Of a stretch of 64,000 nt of DNA, positions 11,579 to 20,438 are shown piece after piece. The position numbers and the translations under genes are program-made. The stretch comes from Candidatus Portnoybacteria bacterium (lineage in GTDB: Bacteria > Patescibacteriota > Minisyncoccia > Portnoybacterales > GWB1-42-6), in NCBI GenBank assembly GCA_016208745.1, contig JACQXN010000020.1, positions 9,062 to 73,061 of the forward strand, given 5' to 3'. The stretch's first letter is position 1. Every line of letters starts with the position of its first letter. The notes below the pieces were generated by a model. It did no database searches and was not told the origin of the DNA. It saw only the letters and a list, made by a program, of their open reading frames with translations.

Positions 11579-12598
11579 ATGAATCAAACAATAAATATTT
11601 CAAGTTCTACTATCTGGCGCGCTATTTTCATAGTGATTTTTATTTTGCTTCTCTATTTTGTGCGCGATATTTTAATCTTGGTTTTCACTTCTTTAATTTT
11701 GGCGGCAGCGCTTGACCGGCCGATTGATCGTCTGCAAAAACATAAAATTCCCCGTGCTTTGAGCGCAATTTTAATATATGTTATCGCCCTCTCTGTTTCA
11801 GGCTTGATTATCTATTTAATAGTTCCGCCTCTGGTTTCTGAGGTTAAGGCTTTTGCTTCCAATTACTCTTTCTATCTTGATAAAATTAGCGATTGGTCAA
11901 AAAATACAGCTTCAATTGATTTTAGCGGTTTGTTAAAAGATTTGCCCGGCCAGCTGGCCGGCGGAGTGCAACCGGTTTTGACGGTGATTTCTAATATTTT
12001 TGGCGGGTTTGTTTCTTTTATCGTTATTTTCTTTTTGGCGCTATTTTTCAATATTCAAGAAAACGGCGTTAAAAAATTTATTTATTATTTAACGCCCAAT
12101 AAAAACCGCGAATATATTTTGGAGCTTTTCGGAAAAATCCAGCAAAAGATGAGCGCTTGGCTCTGGGGAAAAATTCTAATTGCTTTTTCTTTGGCGATTT
12201 TAACTTCAGCCGGATTGTATTTTATGGGAATAAAATACGCCCTGACTTTGGGCGTTTTGGCTGGTTTGCTAAATTTTATTCCTTATATCGGCGTGATTAT
12301 CGCCGCCATTCCGGCCATATTTTTGGGATTAGTTGAATCGCCTTTAATGGCATTAATCGTGGCGGCTTTTTATACTTTTCTTAACGCGGTGGTGGAGTCT
12401 TTTTTCTTAACGCCGCTTTTAATGAGAAAGGTGACCGGGCTTAATGCCGGGCTTTTGATATTAGTTGTTTTAATCGGCGCCAAACTCGCGGGAGTTTTGG
12501 GCATTATTTTGGCAATTCCTACAGCGGTTATTGTTTCTGTCTTAATTGATGAGTATATCAGAGGAAAACAGGTTGTCGGGAAAGAAACTGAACTCTAG
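11579..12598 (+). CDS. AI-2E family transporter (PerM/YdiK-like)
   Basis: 339 aa with a 7-8 TM architecture and a conserved C-terminal region like AI-2E permeases. Confidence 0.65.
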   Translation: MNQTINISSSTIWRAIFIVIFILLLYFVRDILILVFTSLILAAALDRPIDRLQKHKIPRALSAILIYVIALSVSGLIIYLIVPPLVSEVKAFASNYSFYLDKISDWSKNTASIDFSGLLKDLPGQLAGGVQPVLTVISNIFGGFVSFIVIFFLALFFNIQENGVKKFIYYLTPNKNREYILELFGKIQQKMSAWLWGKILIAFSLAILTSAGLYFMGIKYALTLGVLAGLLNFIPYIGVIIAAIPAIFLGLVESPLMALIVAAFYTFLNAVVESFFLTPLLMRKVTGLNAGLLILVVLIGAKLAGVLGIILAIPTAVIVSVLIDEYIRGKQVVGKETEL

Positions 12599-12633
12599 TT
12601 AACGTTTGCGCTTTCCAATCAGGCGATTAGAGA

Positions 12634-13107
12634 TTAATTTAAGGAAAAAAGCAACGCGATAGTAATAATCGTTACAGATGTTTGAAAGACCAGGCCGAAC
12701 CAATTGGGGCCCGGTTTTTCTTTTTGAAGATGAACAGTTTCGTGTATAAGCGCCAATACCTTAAGAATTTTTTGTTTTGGCATGCGCCAGTATAAAAATG
12801 TGAGTCCGTCAGGGATTATTGATCCAAGCATTGCCCAAGTTATCGGTGAATTTAAAGAAGGCGTGCCAAGAATCCAGAAAACAATGACTACGCCTGCGGC
12901 CAAATCCAAGAAGACTTTTAGCATTTGGGACAGAAATTTTTCATTGAATTTTGAATTGACCCTTTTTAAATAATAGATGGGATAATCGTAATGAGGAAAT
13001 AGATCCAAGAAATAATGTCCCAAAACACCAAGGGCAAAAGCGGTCGCGCTTGAACTAACTTGCGAGCCAATTAGTGCACCGGCAAGAATATGGGGGGCTA
13101 GAGTCAT
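12634..13107 (-). CDS. Membrane-bound metal-dependent hydrolase-like protein (DUF457/YdjM-like)
   Basis: 157 aa, hydrophobic, with His-rich motifs (LGHYFLDLFPHYD). A similar protein is at 17308..17847. Confidence 0.45.
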   Translation of the reverse strand: MTLAPHILAGALIGSQVSSSATAFALGVLGHYFLDLFPHYDYPIYYLKRVNSKFNEKFLSQMLKVFLDLAAGVVIVFWILGTPSLNSPITWAMLGSIIPDGLTFLYWRMPKQKILKVLALIHETVHLQKEKPGPNWFGLVFQTSVTIITIALLFSLN

Positions 13108-13151
13108 AAAACGACTTTAAACTTTAAACTTGTTACTTTATACTTCATAAT

Positions 13152-13835
13152 ATGGGTATATTATACATTATTGCGACGCCCATTGGCAATTTGGAGGATT
13201 TAAGCTTTCGGGCTTTGCGGGTCTTAAAGGAGGTTGATTTAATTGTTTGCGAAGATACGCGCCAGACTATAAAATTATTAAATCATTATAATATCCAAAA
13301 ACCGCTGGTTAGTTATTTTCAGCATAGTAAATTATCAAAAATAGAATATATCGGGGAACAGTTGGCGCAGGGCAAAAATATCGCGCTTGTTACAGATGCT
13401 GGCACGCCCGGGATTTCGGATCCAGGAGGCATGCTAGTTAACAAGTTAACAGGTGAACAGGTGAACAAGGAAGAATTTAAAATCGTGCCAATTCCTGGTC
13501 CAAACGCAGCGATTGCGGCTTTAAGCATTTCTGGCTTACCGGCTGACAAATTTATTTTTATGGGTTTCCCGCCGCACAAAAAGGGGAGAAATAAATTTTT
13601 TGATGAAGTCTTAGCTGCAAAATACACGGTCGTATTTTACGAATCAACGCATCGGATTTTGAAAACATTGGGACAATTGAATAAAGTCGCGCCGCAAAAA
13701 AATATTGTAGTTTGTCGTGAGCTAACCAAGCAATTTGAATCTATATATCGGGGTAGTGCACAAGAAATAATTAAAATTTTGGAAAGCGATAAAAATAATT
13801 TAAAAGGGGAATTTGTGATTGTAATCGGGAAATAA
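13152..13835 (+). CDS. rsmI: 16S rRNA (cytidine1402-2'-O)-methyltransferase RsmI
   Basis: N-terminus MGILYIIATPIGNLEDLSFRALRVLKEVDLIVCEDTR matches tetrapyrrole-methylase-fold RsmI. It contains a small tandem duplication, (AACAGGTG)x2. Confidence 0.85.
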   Translation: MGILYIIATPIGNLEDLSFRALRVLKEVDLIVCEDTRQTIKLLNHYNIQKPLVSYFQHSKLSKIEYIGEQLAQGKNIALVTDAGTPGISDPGGMLVNKLTGEQVNKEEFKIVPIPGPNAAIAALSISGLPADKFIFMGFPPHKKGRNKFFDEVLAAKYTVVFYESTHRILKTLGQLNKVAPQKNIVVCRELTKQFESIYRGSAQEIIKILESDKNNLKGEFVIVIGK

Positions 13836-13863
13836 AAAAAGCAGAGCGTTTAATTTGCTCTGC
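13834..13863. terminator. Bidirectional hairpin terminator, GCAGAGC-N10-GCTCTGC, with a flanking A/T run
   Basis: Perfect 7-bp stem at 13841-13863 preceded by A7. It lies between the convergent rsmI gene and the lipoprotein gene. Confidence 0.5.
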
Positions 13864-13894
13864 CATTAGGATAGGATGTAATAGGTGGTGGTTG

Positions 13895-14251
13895 CTATTT
13901 CTTTTGAGTTTCGCCGCCGATGTCGATATTTTTGACAATTTTTGGCGGCCGGTCGTCGTCAAGAAGGACCAACGCGTATTTCTCTTCGCCTTTCTTTTTG
14001 TATATTATTTCATGAACGATTACGGAGCTTTCTTCTGTGATCATGGGGTTGCTTCCTCCTATAAATGGATCATTTGGCGTATCAATGGCCCTGCCAGAAC
14101 GGATATTCAGGTACTGGATTATTCTGTCACAGTCGGAGAGCGAAGACACCACAAACCTAGCTTCCTCTTCGGAAGAACTCTGTAAGTTGGTGCATGCCAA
14201 AATTAAAGCAGAAAGCGATAGTAATACAATAAAAAGTGCTATCTTTTTCAT
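13895..14251 (-). CDS. Putative lipoprotein
   Basis: It has a signal peptide with a lipobox-like LILAC (MKKIALFIVLLSLSALILAC) and is 118 aa. Confidence 0.55.
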   Translation of the reverse strand: MKKIALFIVLLSLSALILACTNLQSSSEEEARFVVSSLSDCDRIIQYLNIRSGRAIDTPNDPFIGGSNPMITEESSVIVHEIIYKKKGEEKYALVLLDDDRPPKIVKNIDIGGETQKK

Positions 14252-14320
14252 TCCATCCTCCCTATTTTCATTATTCCGCTAGAATTCGCGGTTAAATTAA
14301 TATAGTATATATAGATAAAA

Positions 14321-15775
14321 ATGTCAAAATTTTATATCACCACAACCCTGCCTTATATCAACGCTGACCCGCATATCGGTTTTGCGATGGAAATAATTCA
14401 AGCGGATGTTTTGGCGCGGTTTTATCGAAAACAAGGCGCTGAAGTTTTTTTTAACACTGGCACAGACGAGCACGGTTTAAAAGTTTTTCGCAAAGCGCAG
14501 GAATTGGGCATCGAGCCGCAGGTATATTGTGATCAAAAAGTTGAGGTCTGGAAAAACTTAAAAGAGCTTTTAAATTTAAGCTTTGATAATTTTATTAGGA
14601 CAACCGATAAGCATCATATAGAAGCGGCGCAGGAACTTTGGCGGCGCTGTAAGCAAAACGGTTATCTTGATAAGAAAAAGTACAAAATTAAATATTGCGT
14701 TGGCTGTGAATTGGAAAAAACAGAGTCGGAATTAATTAATGGCTGCTGCCCTTTGCATCCCGACCAAAAACTTGAAATTATTGAAGAGGAAAATTATTTT
14801 TTCGCTTTTTCCAAATTTCAAAAAGAGCTCCTTTCTCTTTATGAGGCAAATCCATCTTTTGTTTATCCGCCTAAAAAATTTAACGAGATAAAAAAATTTG
14901 TCCAAATGGGGCTGGAAGATTTTAGCGTCTCACGTCTTAAAGCTAAGATGCCTTGGGGCATTGACGCGCCAGATGACAAGGAGCACGTAATGTATGTTTG
15001 GTTTGATGCGCTGGTTAATTATATTTCCGCCCTTGGCTGGCCAAAAGATTTGGAAAACTTTAACCAATGGTGGCCGGGAAGCCAAATCGCCGGCAAGGAT
15101 AATTTAAGACAGCAGACAGCTATGTGGCAAGCAATGCTTTTGGCCGCTGGCTTGCCAAATTCAAAGCAGATTTTTATCGGCGGCTTTATCACCGTCGCTG
15201 GCCAGAAAATGAGCAAAAGTCTGGGAAATGTTATCAGCCCCAAAGATATGGTGGATAAATTTGGCGCAGACGGCACGCGTTATTTACTCTTAACTTTGGG
15301 AGCTTTTGGCGAAGATGTGGATGTGACAATGGAAAGATTAACGGAAAAATATAATGCCGATTTGGCGAATGGACTAGGAAACTTAATTTCGCGGGTGATA
15401 AAATTGTCTCAAAATTATTCTTCGACCAAGCTCCGACCGAAGGTCGGAGCGCGTGGAGAAGTTCTCGACTCGTCCCGCTTGGCGGGACTCGCTCGAACAA
15501 TAAATGAAAGAATGCGGGAAATGAAATTTAAAGAAATTTTAGATGAAATCTGGGCGCAAGTGGCTTGGGCGAATAAATATATTGAGGAGAAAAAATTGTG
15601 GGAATTGGTAAAAAATGATCCGGAAGAAGGAGAGAAGGTTTTAGCAGAGTTACTTTCTTTAATTTCTGAAATTTCAGATGCCCTTACTCCTTTTATGCCC
15701 GAAACCGCGGAGAAAATTAAAAATATTTTATCTGGCGGCGAGTCGGGAGAAATATTATTTCCGAGGGTAAAATAA
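14321..15775 (+). CDS. metG: Methionyl-tRNA synthetase (short form) with a GC-rich hairpin insertion in the anticodon-binding region
   Basis: Class I motifs are present (PYINADPHIGFA as HIGH-like, KMSKSLGN). The segment KLRPKVGARGEVLDSSRLAGLARTIN is encoded by three GC-rich hairpins at 15428-15495. Confidence 0.9.
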   Translation: MSKFYITTTLPYINADPHIGFAMEIIQADVLARFYRKQGAEVFFNTGTDEHGLKVFRKAQELGIEPQVYCDQKVEVWKNLKELLNLSFDNFIRTTDKHHIEAAQELWRRCKQNGYLDKKKYKIKYCVGCELEKTESELINGCCPLHPDQKLEIIEEENYFFAFSKFQKELLSLYEANPSFVYPPKKFNEIKKFVQMGLEDFSVSRLKAKMPWGIDAPDDKEHVMYVWFDALVNYISALGWPKDLENFNQWWPGSQIAGKDNLRQQTAMWQAMLLAAGLPNSKQIFIGGFITVAGQKMSKSLGNVISPKDMVDKFGADGTRYLLLTLGAFGEDVDVTMERLTEKYNADLANGLGNLISRVIKLSQNYSSTKLRPKVGARGEVLDSSRLAGLARTINERMREMKFKEILDEIWAQVAWANKYIEEKKLWELVKNDPEEGEKVLAELLSLISEISDALTPFMPETAEKIKNILSGGESGEILFPRVK

Positions 15776-15811
15776 TAAATATAAGCGTCATGGATTGCAG
15801 GAGTTAATAAT

Positions 15812-16330
15812 ATGGATGTAAAATCATATTTGTCGCCCAAAATAAAAATAGGCCAAAGCAAGGTACAGGGGCTTGGGTTGTTTGCGGTCGAAAATATAAA
15901 AAAAGACGAAATTATTGGTATAAAAGCGGGGTATATAATTAATAGAGAAACCCTAGAGAGAATAGGAGGATTAAAGAGCGATATAGGGCAAAGTATGCTG
16001 CAGGTTAGCGATGAATTTTTCATCGGTCCGTTAACCGCGGATGATATTGGAGATAGCATGATGTATGTTAATCACTCATGCGAGCCCAATATTGGAATGC
16101 TGGGCGATGTCATTAATGTAGCGATGAGAGACATAGTTATAGGTGAGGAGTTAACCGCGGATTATGCCGTTGCATTGATCCATCCCTCTCTTTTAATGGA
16201 ATGCAATTGTGGGGCTATAAATTGCCGTAAGATAATTACTGGCGAAGATTGGAAGCGACCAGAATTACAAGGCAGATATAAAGGATATTTTTCGGCTTAT
16301 ATTCAAAAAAAGATAAAGGAAGAAAAATGA
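15812..16330 (+). CDS. SET-domain protein (putative lysine methyltransferase)
   Basis: SET signature MYVNHSCEPNIGM and the post-SET Cys cluster CNCGAINC are present. Confidence 0.75.
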   Translation: MDVKSYLSPKIKIGQSKVQGLGLFAVENIKKDEIIGIKAGYIINRETLERIGGLKSDIGQSMLQVSDEFFIGPLTADDIGDSMMYVNHSCEPNIGMLGDVINVAMRDIVIGEELTADYAVALIHPSLLMECNCGAINCRKIITGEDWKRPELQGRYKGYFSAYIQKKIKEEK

Positions 16331-16331
16331 C

Positions 16332-16598
16332 ATGGCAACCATTAAGAAAAAAATTTGGCCGGAATATTTTGATGATGTAGCTTCGGGGAAAAAGAAATAC
16401 GAGCTACGTTTAAATGATTTTAAAGTTAAAGAAGGGGATACATTAATCCTTGAAGAATGGGATCCAAGAACTAAAAAATATACAGGCAGAAAAACTGAGA
16501 AGAAAGTAACTTATGTCGGGAAATTTAAGGTTGATAGATTATTCTGGCCGGAAGAAGAGATAAAAGAAAAAGGAATACAGATTATATCATTGGAATAA
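16332..16598 (+). CDS. Small ASCH/DUF3850-like protein
   Basis: 88 aa. The pattern KIWPEYFDDVASGKKKYELRLNDFKVKEGD resembles DUF3850/ASCH-fold proteins. Confidence 0.5.
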   Translation: MATIKKKIWPEYFDDVASGKKKYELRLNDFKVKEGDTLILEEWDPRTKKYTGRKTEKKVTYVGKFKVDRLFWPEEEIKEKGIQIISLE

Positions 16599-16602
16599 TT
16601 TT

Positions 16603-17151
16603 ATGAGTTTTGAATCTAGCAAAGAAAATATAAAAGAGTCGGAGAAAGAGATAAAGTGGCGCCAGGCCGAACAAGAAATTGAGGGTATCGGAGACAAGCG
16701 GAGGAAAGGAATTGATGAGGGGATAAAATTTACAGTGGTTTCTCTTAGGGTAAATGGTTTTGGAACTACGGCCTCCTGCGAGGGTCATTTAGATCGTGGC
16801 CTCCCTTGGCCATGGGTTGATGTGGAGTCTAAATTAGCGGAAAGTTTGATTGGCAGTCCCCATTATAATGAATTACGAGAAAAGGCCGGAAGCATGTTAA
16901 GGAGAGAAGGGAAAATGATTGAGGAAGAGAAATCAGAATACCAGAGTTTAGTTAGCGCGCAAATAGAAGAGAACGAGAAAGAATATAGGCGGCTTAGCGG
17001 TTTACTGGAAGAGTTTTACGGGCAAGAATCTCAAAAAAAAGAAGAGGGTCTTGTGGGGGTCGCTCATCTAAAAATCAAAAAATTTCCGTGGAACCAAAGC
17101 CGGCTTCAACCGGAAGACGTTCCTGAAAATTTAATGCCGCGGGAAGCCTAG
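16603..17151 (+). CDS. Hypothetical protein
   Basis: 182-aa ORF with good coding periodicity and no recognised motif. Confidence 0.45.
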   Translation: MSFESSKENIKESEKEIKWRQAEQEIEGIGDKRRKGIDEGIKFTVVSLRVNGFGTTASCEGHLDRGLPWPWVDVESKLAESLIGSPHYNELREKAGSMLRREGKMIEEEKSEYQSLVSAQIEENEKEYRRLSGLLEEFYGQESQKKEEGLVGVAHLKIKKFPWNQSRLQPEDVPENLMPREA

Positions 17152-17307
17152 AAATTATGGACCAAGGAAGAAAAATCAAAAAAACTTATGGTATACAGAC
17201 AAGAGATGGAAAGATTTGCCGATTTTCTTAAAGAGAAATTTTTAACGCAGGGAGTATAAATGATGCTTCAAAGCGCAGGGGCAGATAATTAGTAAGTAAG
17301 TAATTCT

Positions 17308-17847
17308 ATGGACATCTTTTCTCACGGCCTTTGGGCCGGTGCGCTTTATAAGGCGATAAATTTAAAGAAGGAAAAGCCTAAATTGAAGGTTTGGCTGGCG
17401 GCTCTTTGGTCAGTGGCGCCGGATATTTTTTCTTTCGCGCCTGTTTTTATATGGGTTTTTGCGGGTGTCATTTTTGGCGGAATGAGTTTTTCTGATTTGC
17501 CGGGCCCTGATTCAGTTGAGCCAATGGCCAGAAATTCGCTGGCAATTTTTCGGTTCACCGACACGCTTTATAATATCACGCACAGCTTAACGATTTTTCT
17601 TATCGCCGCTGGCTTGGTTGGCTTTTTTGGCAAACGCATTCCTTGGGAAGCAGGCGGTTGGCTATTCCATATTCTAATTGATATTCCAACCCATTCTTAT
17701 AAATTCTATCCAACGCCATTTTTATGGCCTTTTTCTGAATGGAAATTTGACGGATTCGCTTGGGGAAATTGGTGGTTTATGATAATTAATTATTCTTTGT
17801 TAATTTTGGTTTTTTTGGCGTTGAGGTCGGCGCGTAAAAAAGGTTAA
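17308..17847 (+). CDS. Membrane-bound metal-dependent hydrolase-like protein (DUF457-like)
   Basis: 179 aa, hydrophobic and His-rich (HILIDIPTHSYKF). It is a paralogue-like relative of the 12634..13107 product. Confidence 0.45.
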   Translation: MDIFSHGLWAGALYKAINLKKEKPKLKVWLAALWSVAPDIFSFAPVFIWVFAGVIFGGMSFSDLPGPDSVEPMARNSLAIFRFTDTLYNITHSLTIFLIAAGLVGFFGKRIPWEAGGWLFHILIDIPTHSYKFYPTPFLWPFSEWKFDGFAWGNWWFMIINYSLLILVFLALRSARKKG

Positions 17848-17932
17848 TTGTGCAACCGGTAACTTGATCAATCGTTGCACAGTCTATTAAATCTCCCCTA
17901 GCCCCTCCTAAAGGAGGGGAATTACTCCTTAT

Positions 17933-18763
17933 ATGCTTATTGATACTCACGCTCACATTAACTTTATTGCCTACAAAGAAGATGGCGGGGAAGTTATAAA
18001 AAGGGCATTAGAAAATAATACCTGGATAATTAATGTCGGCTCGCAATGGGATACTAGCCGCCGGGCAGTTGAATACGCCAAAAAATATGAAGAAGGCATA
18101 TTTGCGGCTGTGGGCTTGCATCCTATTCATTTAAGAAGCATAAAAATAAAAGAGGAATTTGATGAACAGGAATTATTAGAATTTGAAACGCAGGAAGAAA
18201 AATTTGATTATGAAAAATATAAAACATTAGCCAGTGAGTCGGGCGCCATAGCTATAGGCGAAACAGGATTGGACTATTACCGTATTAATGAGGAAGACAA
18301 GGAAAATCAAATAAAACTTCAAAAAGAAAATTTTTTAGCGCATATTAAATTGGCGCAAGAAATTAGCAAACCTTTGATTGTCCATTGCCGCGAGGCGCAT
18401 AACGAGGTTTTGGAAATATTAAAGTCGCAAGTGACAAGTGACAAGTTGCAAGGAGTAATTCATTCTTTCTCGGGCCGGTTGAGCCAGGCAGAGCAATATT
18501 TAGAAATGGGATTTTATTTAGGATTTAATGGTATCATTACTTTTGCGCGGGATTATGATAAAGTAATAAAGGAAATACCGCTTGAGAGAATTTTGGTTGA
18601 AACCGACTGCCCTTATTTAACGCCGATTCCTTTCCGCGGAAAAAGAAACGAGCCTTTATATGTTAAATATGTGGCGGAGAAGATAGCGGAAATAAAAGGA
18701 GTTTCGTTTGATGAGGTGTCAGAAGTGACAACGGATAATGCGAGAGGACTATTCTATATATAA
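17933..18763 (+). CDS. tatD: TatD-family Mg-dependent DNase/hydrolase
   Basis: Contains MLIDTHAHINF, then GLHPIH, and further HS/D motifs. It also contains a heptad-like duplication, (CAAGTGA)x2. Confidence 0.85.
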   Translation: MLIDTHAHINFIAYKEDGGEVIKRALENNTWIINVGSQWDTSRRAVEYAKKYEEGIFAAVGLHPIHLRSIKIKEEFDEQELLEFETQEEKFDYEKYKTLASESGAIAIGETGLDYYRINEEDKENQIKLQKENFLAHIKLAQEISKPLIVHCREAHNEVLEILKSQVTSDKLQGVIHSFSGRLSQAEQYLEMGFYLGFNGIITFARDYDKVIKEIPLERILVETDCPYLTPIPFRGKRNEPLYVKYVAEKIAEIKGVSFDEVSEVTTDNARGLFYI

Positions 18764-18784
18764 TGCAAATATCATGCGAATCTT

Positions 18785-19180
18785 ATGCAAATGCCGCAAA
18801 TAGATAAGATGATCTATCCGGAATTATCATATAAGGTCTGTGGTCTATGTTTTTATATTCATAACCGACTGGGTCGATATAGGAACGAAAAGCAATATGG
18901 CGATGCACTAGAAGTTGCTTTTGATGAAGCGGGCATCATTCACAAAAGAGAAAAAAGGTTGCCAGCATCTTTTGTCGGAGAGAAAAGCTATAGGAATATA
19001 CCGGACTTTATCATTGAAGATAAGCTGATTGTTGATTTGAAAGCCAAAACCATAATCACAAAAGATGATTATTTCCAGATGAGGCGCTATCTAGTCTCTT
19101 ATAAAAAGAGGCTGGGTCTCATTATTAATTTCCGTCAAAAATATTTGAGACCAAAAAGAATCCTAAATAAATTTGCTTGA
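18785..19180 (+). CDS. GxxExxY family protein
   Basis: 131 aa. The N-terminal region IYPELSYKVCGLCFYIHNRLGRYRNEKQYGDALEVAF is typical of the GxxExxY family, which is often mobile or intron-associated. Confidence 0.65.
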   Translation: MQMPQIDKMIYPELSYKVCGLCFYIHNRLGRYRNEKQYGDALEVAFDEAGIIHKREKRLPASFVGEKSYRNIPDFIIEDKLIVDLKAKTIITKDDYFQMRRYLVSYKKRLGLIINFRQKYLRPKRILNKFA

Positions 19181-19228
19181 TTTATTCGCATCATTTGAAT
19201 ATCATTCGCATTTATTTGAATTATATTT

Positions 19229-19705
19229 ATGCTTGAGATCAAAAAATACGGCGAGCCGATTTTAAGGAAAAAAGCTAAACCGGTTGGAAAAATAGACCCG
19301 GAGATTTTGAAATTGATAGATTATATGATTCAGGCCATGCGGCAGAATCAGGGAGTCGGCGTGGCGGCAAATCAAATTGGCATTGATTTGAGAATCGCGG
19401 TTGTCGACGCGGGCAATGGTTTAAAAATTTTAATTAATCCCGAAATTATTAAAGCAAGGGGAAAAAGCGTTAAGGATGAAGGATGTTTGAGTTTCCCGGG
19501 AATATATTTTAAAATCGCGCGGCCAGAAATCGTGGAAATGAAAACTTTAAATAAAAAAGGCGAGGAGGTTATTTTAAAAGCCCAGGGCTTGGAAGCCCGG
19601 GCTTTTTGTCATGAGATAGACCATTTAAACGGGAAATTAATTATAGACCATTTAAGTTTTTGGCAGAAATTAAAGTTTAAAAAGGGTCGGCTATCTAATC
19701 GTTGA
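19229..19705 (+). CDS. def: Peptide deformylase
   Basis: All three Def motifs are present: GVGVAANQIG, EGCLSFPG and HEIDHLNG. Confidence 0.9.
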   Translation: MLEIKKYGEPILRKKAKPVGKIDPEILKLIDYMIQAMRQNQGVGVAANQIGIDLRIAVVDAGNGLKILINPEIIKARGKSVKDEGCLSFPGIYFKIARPEIVEMKTLNKKGEEVILKAQGLEARAFCHEIDHLNGKLIIDHLSFWQKLKFKKGRLSNR

Positions 19706-19721
19706 TAAAGGTAAGCAAAAA

Positions 19722-19748
19722 GAAAAAGGGCATAGCGCCCTTTTTAAG
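19722..19748. terminator. Bidirectional intrinsic terminator, AAAGGGC-ATAGC-GCCCTTTTT
   Basis: Perfect 7-bp stem flanked by an A-run and a T-run. It lies between def (+) and the convergent - strand gene. Confidence 0.6.
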
Positions 19749-19766
19749 TTTGAGATTTAATCTCCT

Positions 19767-20198
19767 TCATCTTTTCTCCCTGTATATTAGTCGCAAGACG
19801 AAGAACGTTACCCCAATTACAACCAGAGAAAAAACTAATTCTGCTGCGCTATTTACTATCAAAGATTTCCACCCTATTTTTCGTGAGAGATCCAAAACAA
19901 AGCCTGCCAATCCAAAAGACATATTTGCTATCAGGATTGTAATTGCCCAGAGCGCCAATTTTTGATTGAGGTCCATTTTATTTCTTTCGTTTCTTTTTGT
20001 CGCTTTATTAAGAAGTCGCGCTCCGAAGAAGGCGAGGATGCAGGCTGCAATAGCGCAGATCAGGATATCTGTTTTTGAAATAAGCGGTATAGTTTGATAA
20101 TTTCCGGTCGCGGCTAATGCGTTTAAGAATATAAGCATAAACCACATACAAAATATGGGTAATGCTTTTTCAAAGCGGGTCAATTCCATTTCTGCCAT
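19767..20198 (-). CDS. Hypothetical membrane protein
   Basis: 143 aa with four predicted TM segments. It is more plausible than the overlapping + ORF 19702..19965. Confidence 0.45.
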   Translation of the reverse strand: MAEMELTRFEKALPIFCMWFMLIFLNALAATGNYQTIPLISKTDILICAIAACILAFFGARLLNKATKRNERNKMDLNQKLALWAITILIANMSFGLAGFVLDLSRKIGWKSLIVNSAAELVFSLVVIGVTFFVLRLIYREKR

Positions 20199-20228
20199 AA
20201 GCCCCCTCCTTTTTTAAGATAAAATTTG

Positions 20229-20423
20229 TTAGTATTTTCTAATGTAAATGAACTTCCATAGCTGTTTATACTCTCTTGGTTCAACAAATCCACCTTTCAT
20301 TGCTCGCCGGTCAAGCCACGGGTTAATAACGAATGCCCATGCCATATCAGCGATAATCGCTGTCAGAATTAAAGGCCACCATTCTTTCAGAAATCCCATC
20401 ATTAATTCTATCAAGGCAATCAC
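20229..20423 (-). CDS. Small hypothetical protein of 64 aa, downstream of ccdA
   Basis: Small ORF co-oriented with ccdA with no motif. This is a weak call. Confidence 0.25.
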   Translation of the reverse strand: MIALIELMMGFLKEWWPLILTAIIADMAWAFVINPWLDRRAMKGGFVEPREYKQLWKFIYIRKY

Positions 20424-20438
20424 CCCCTCAATATTTTT

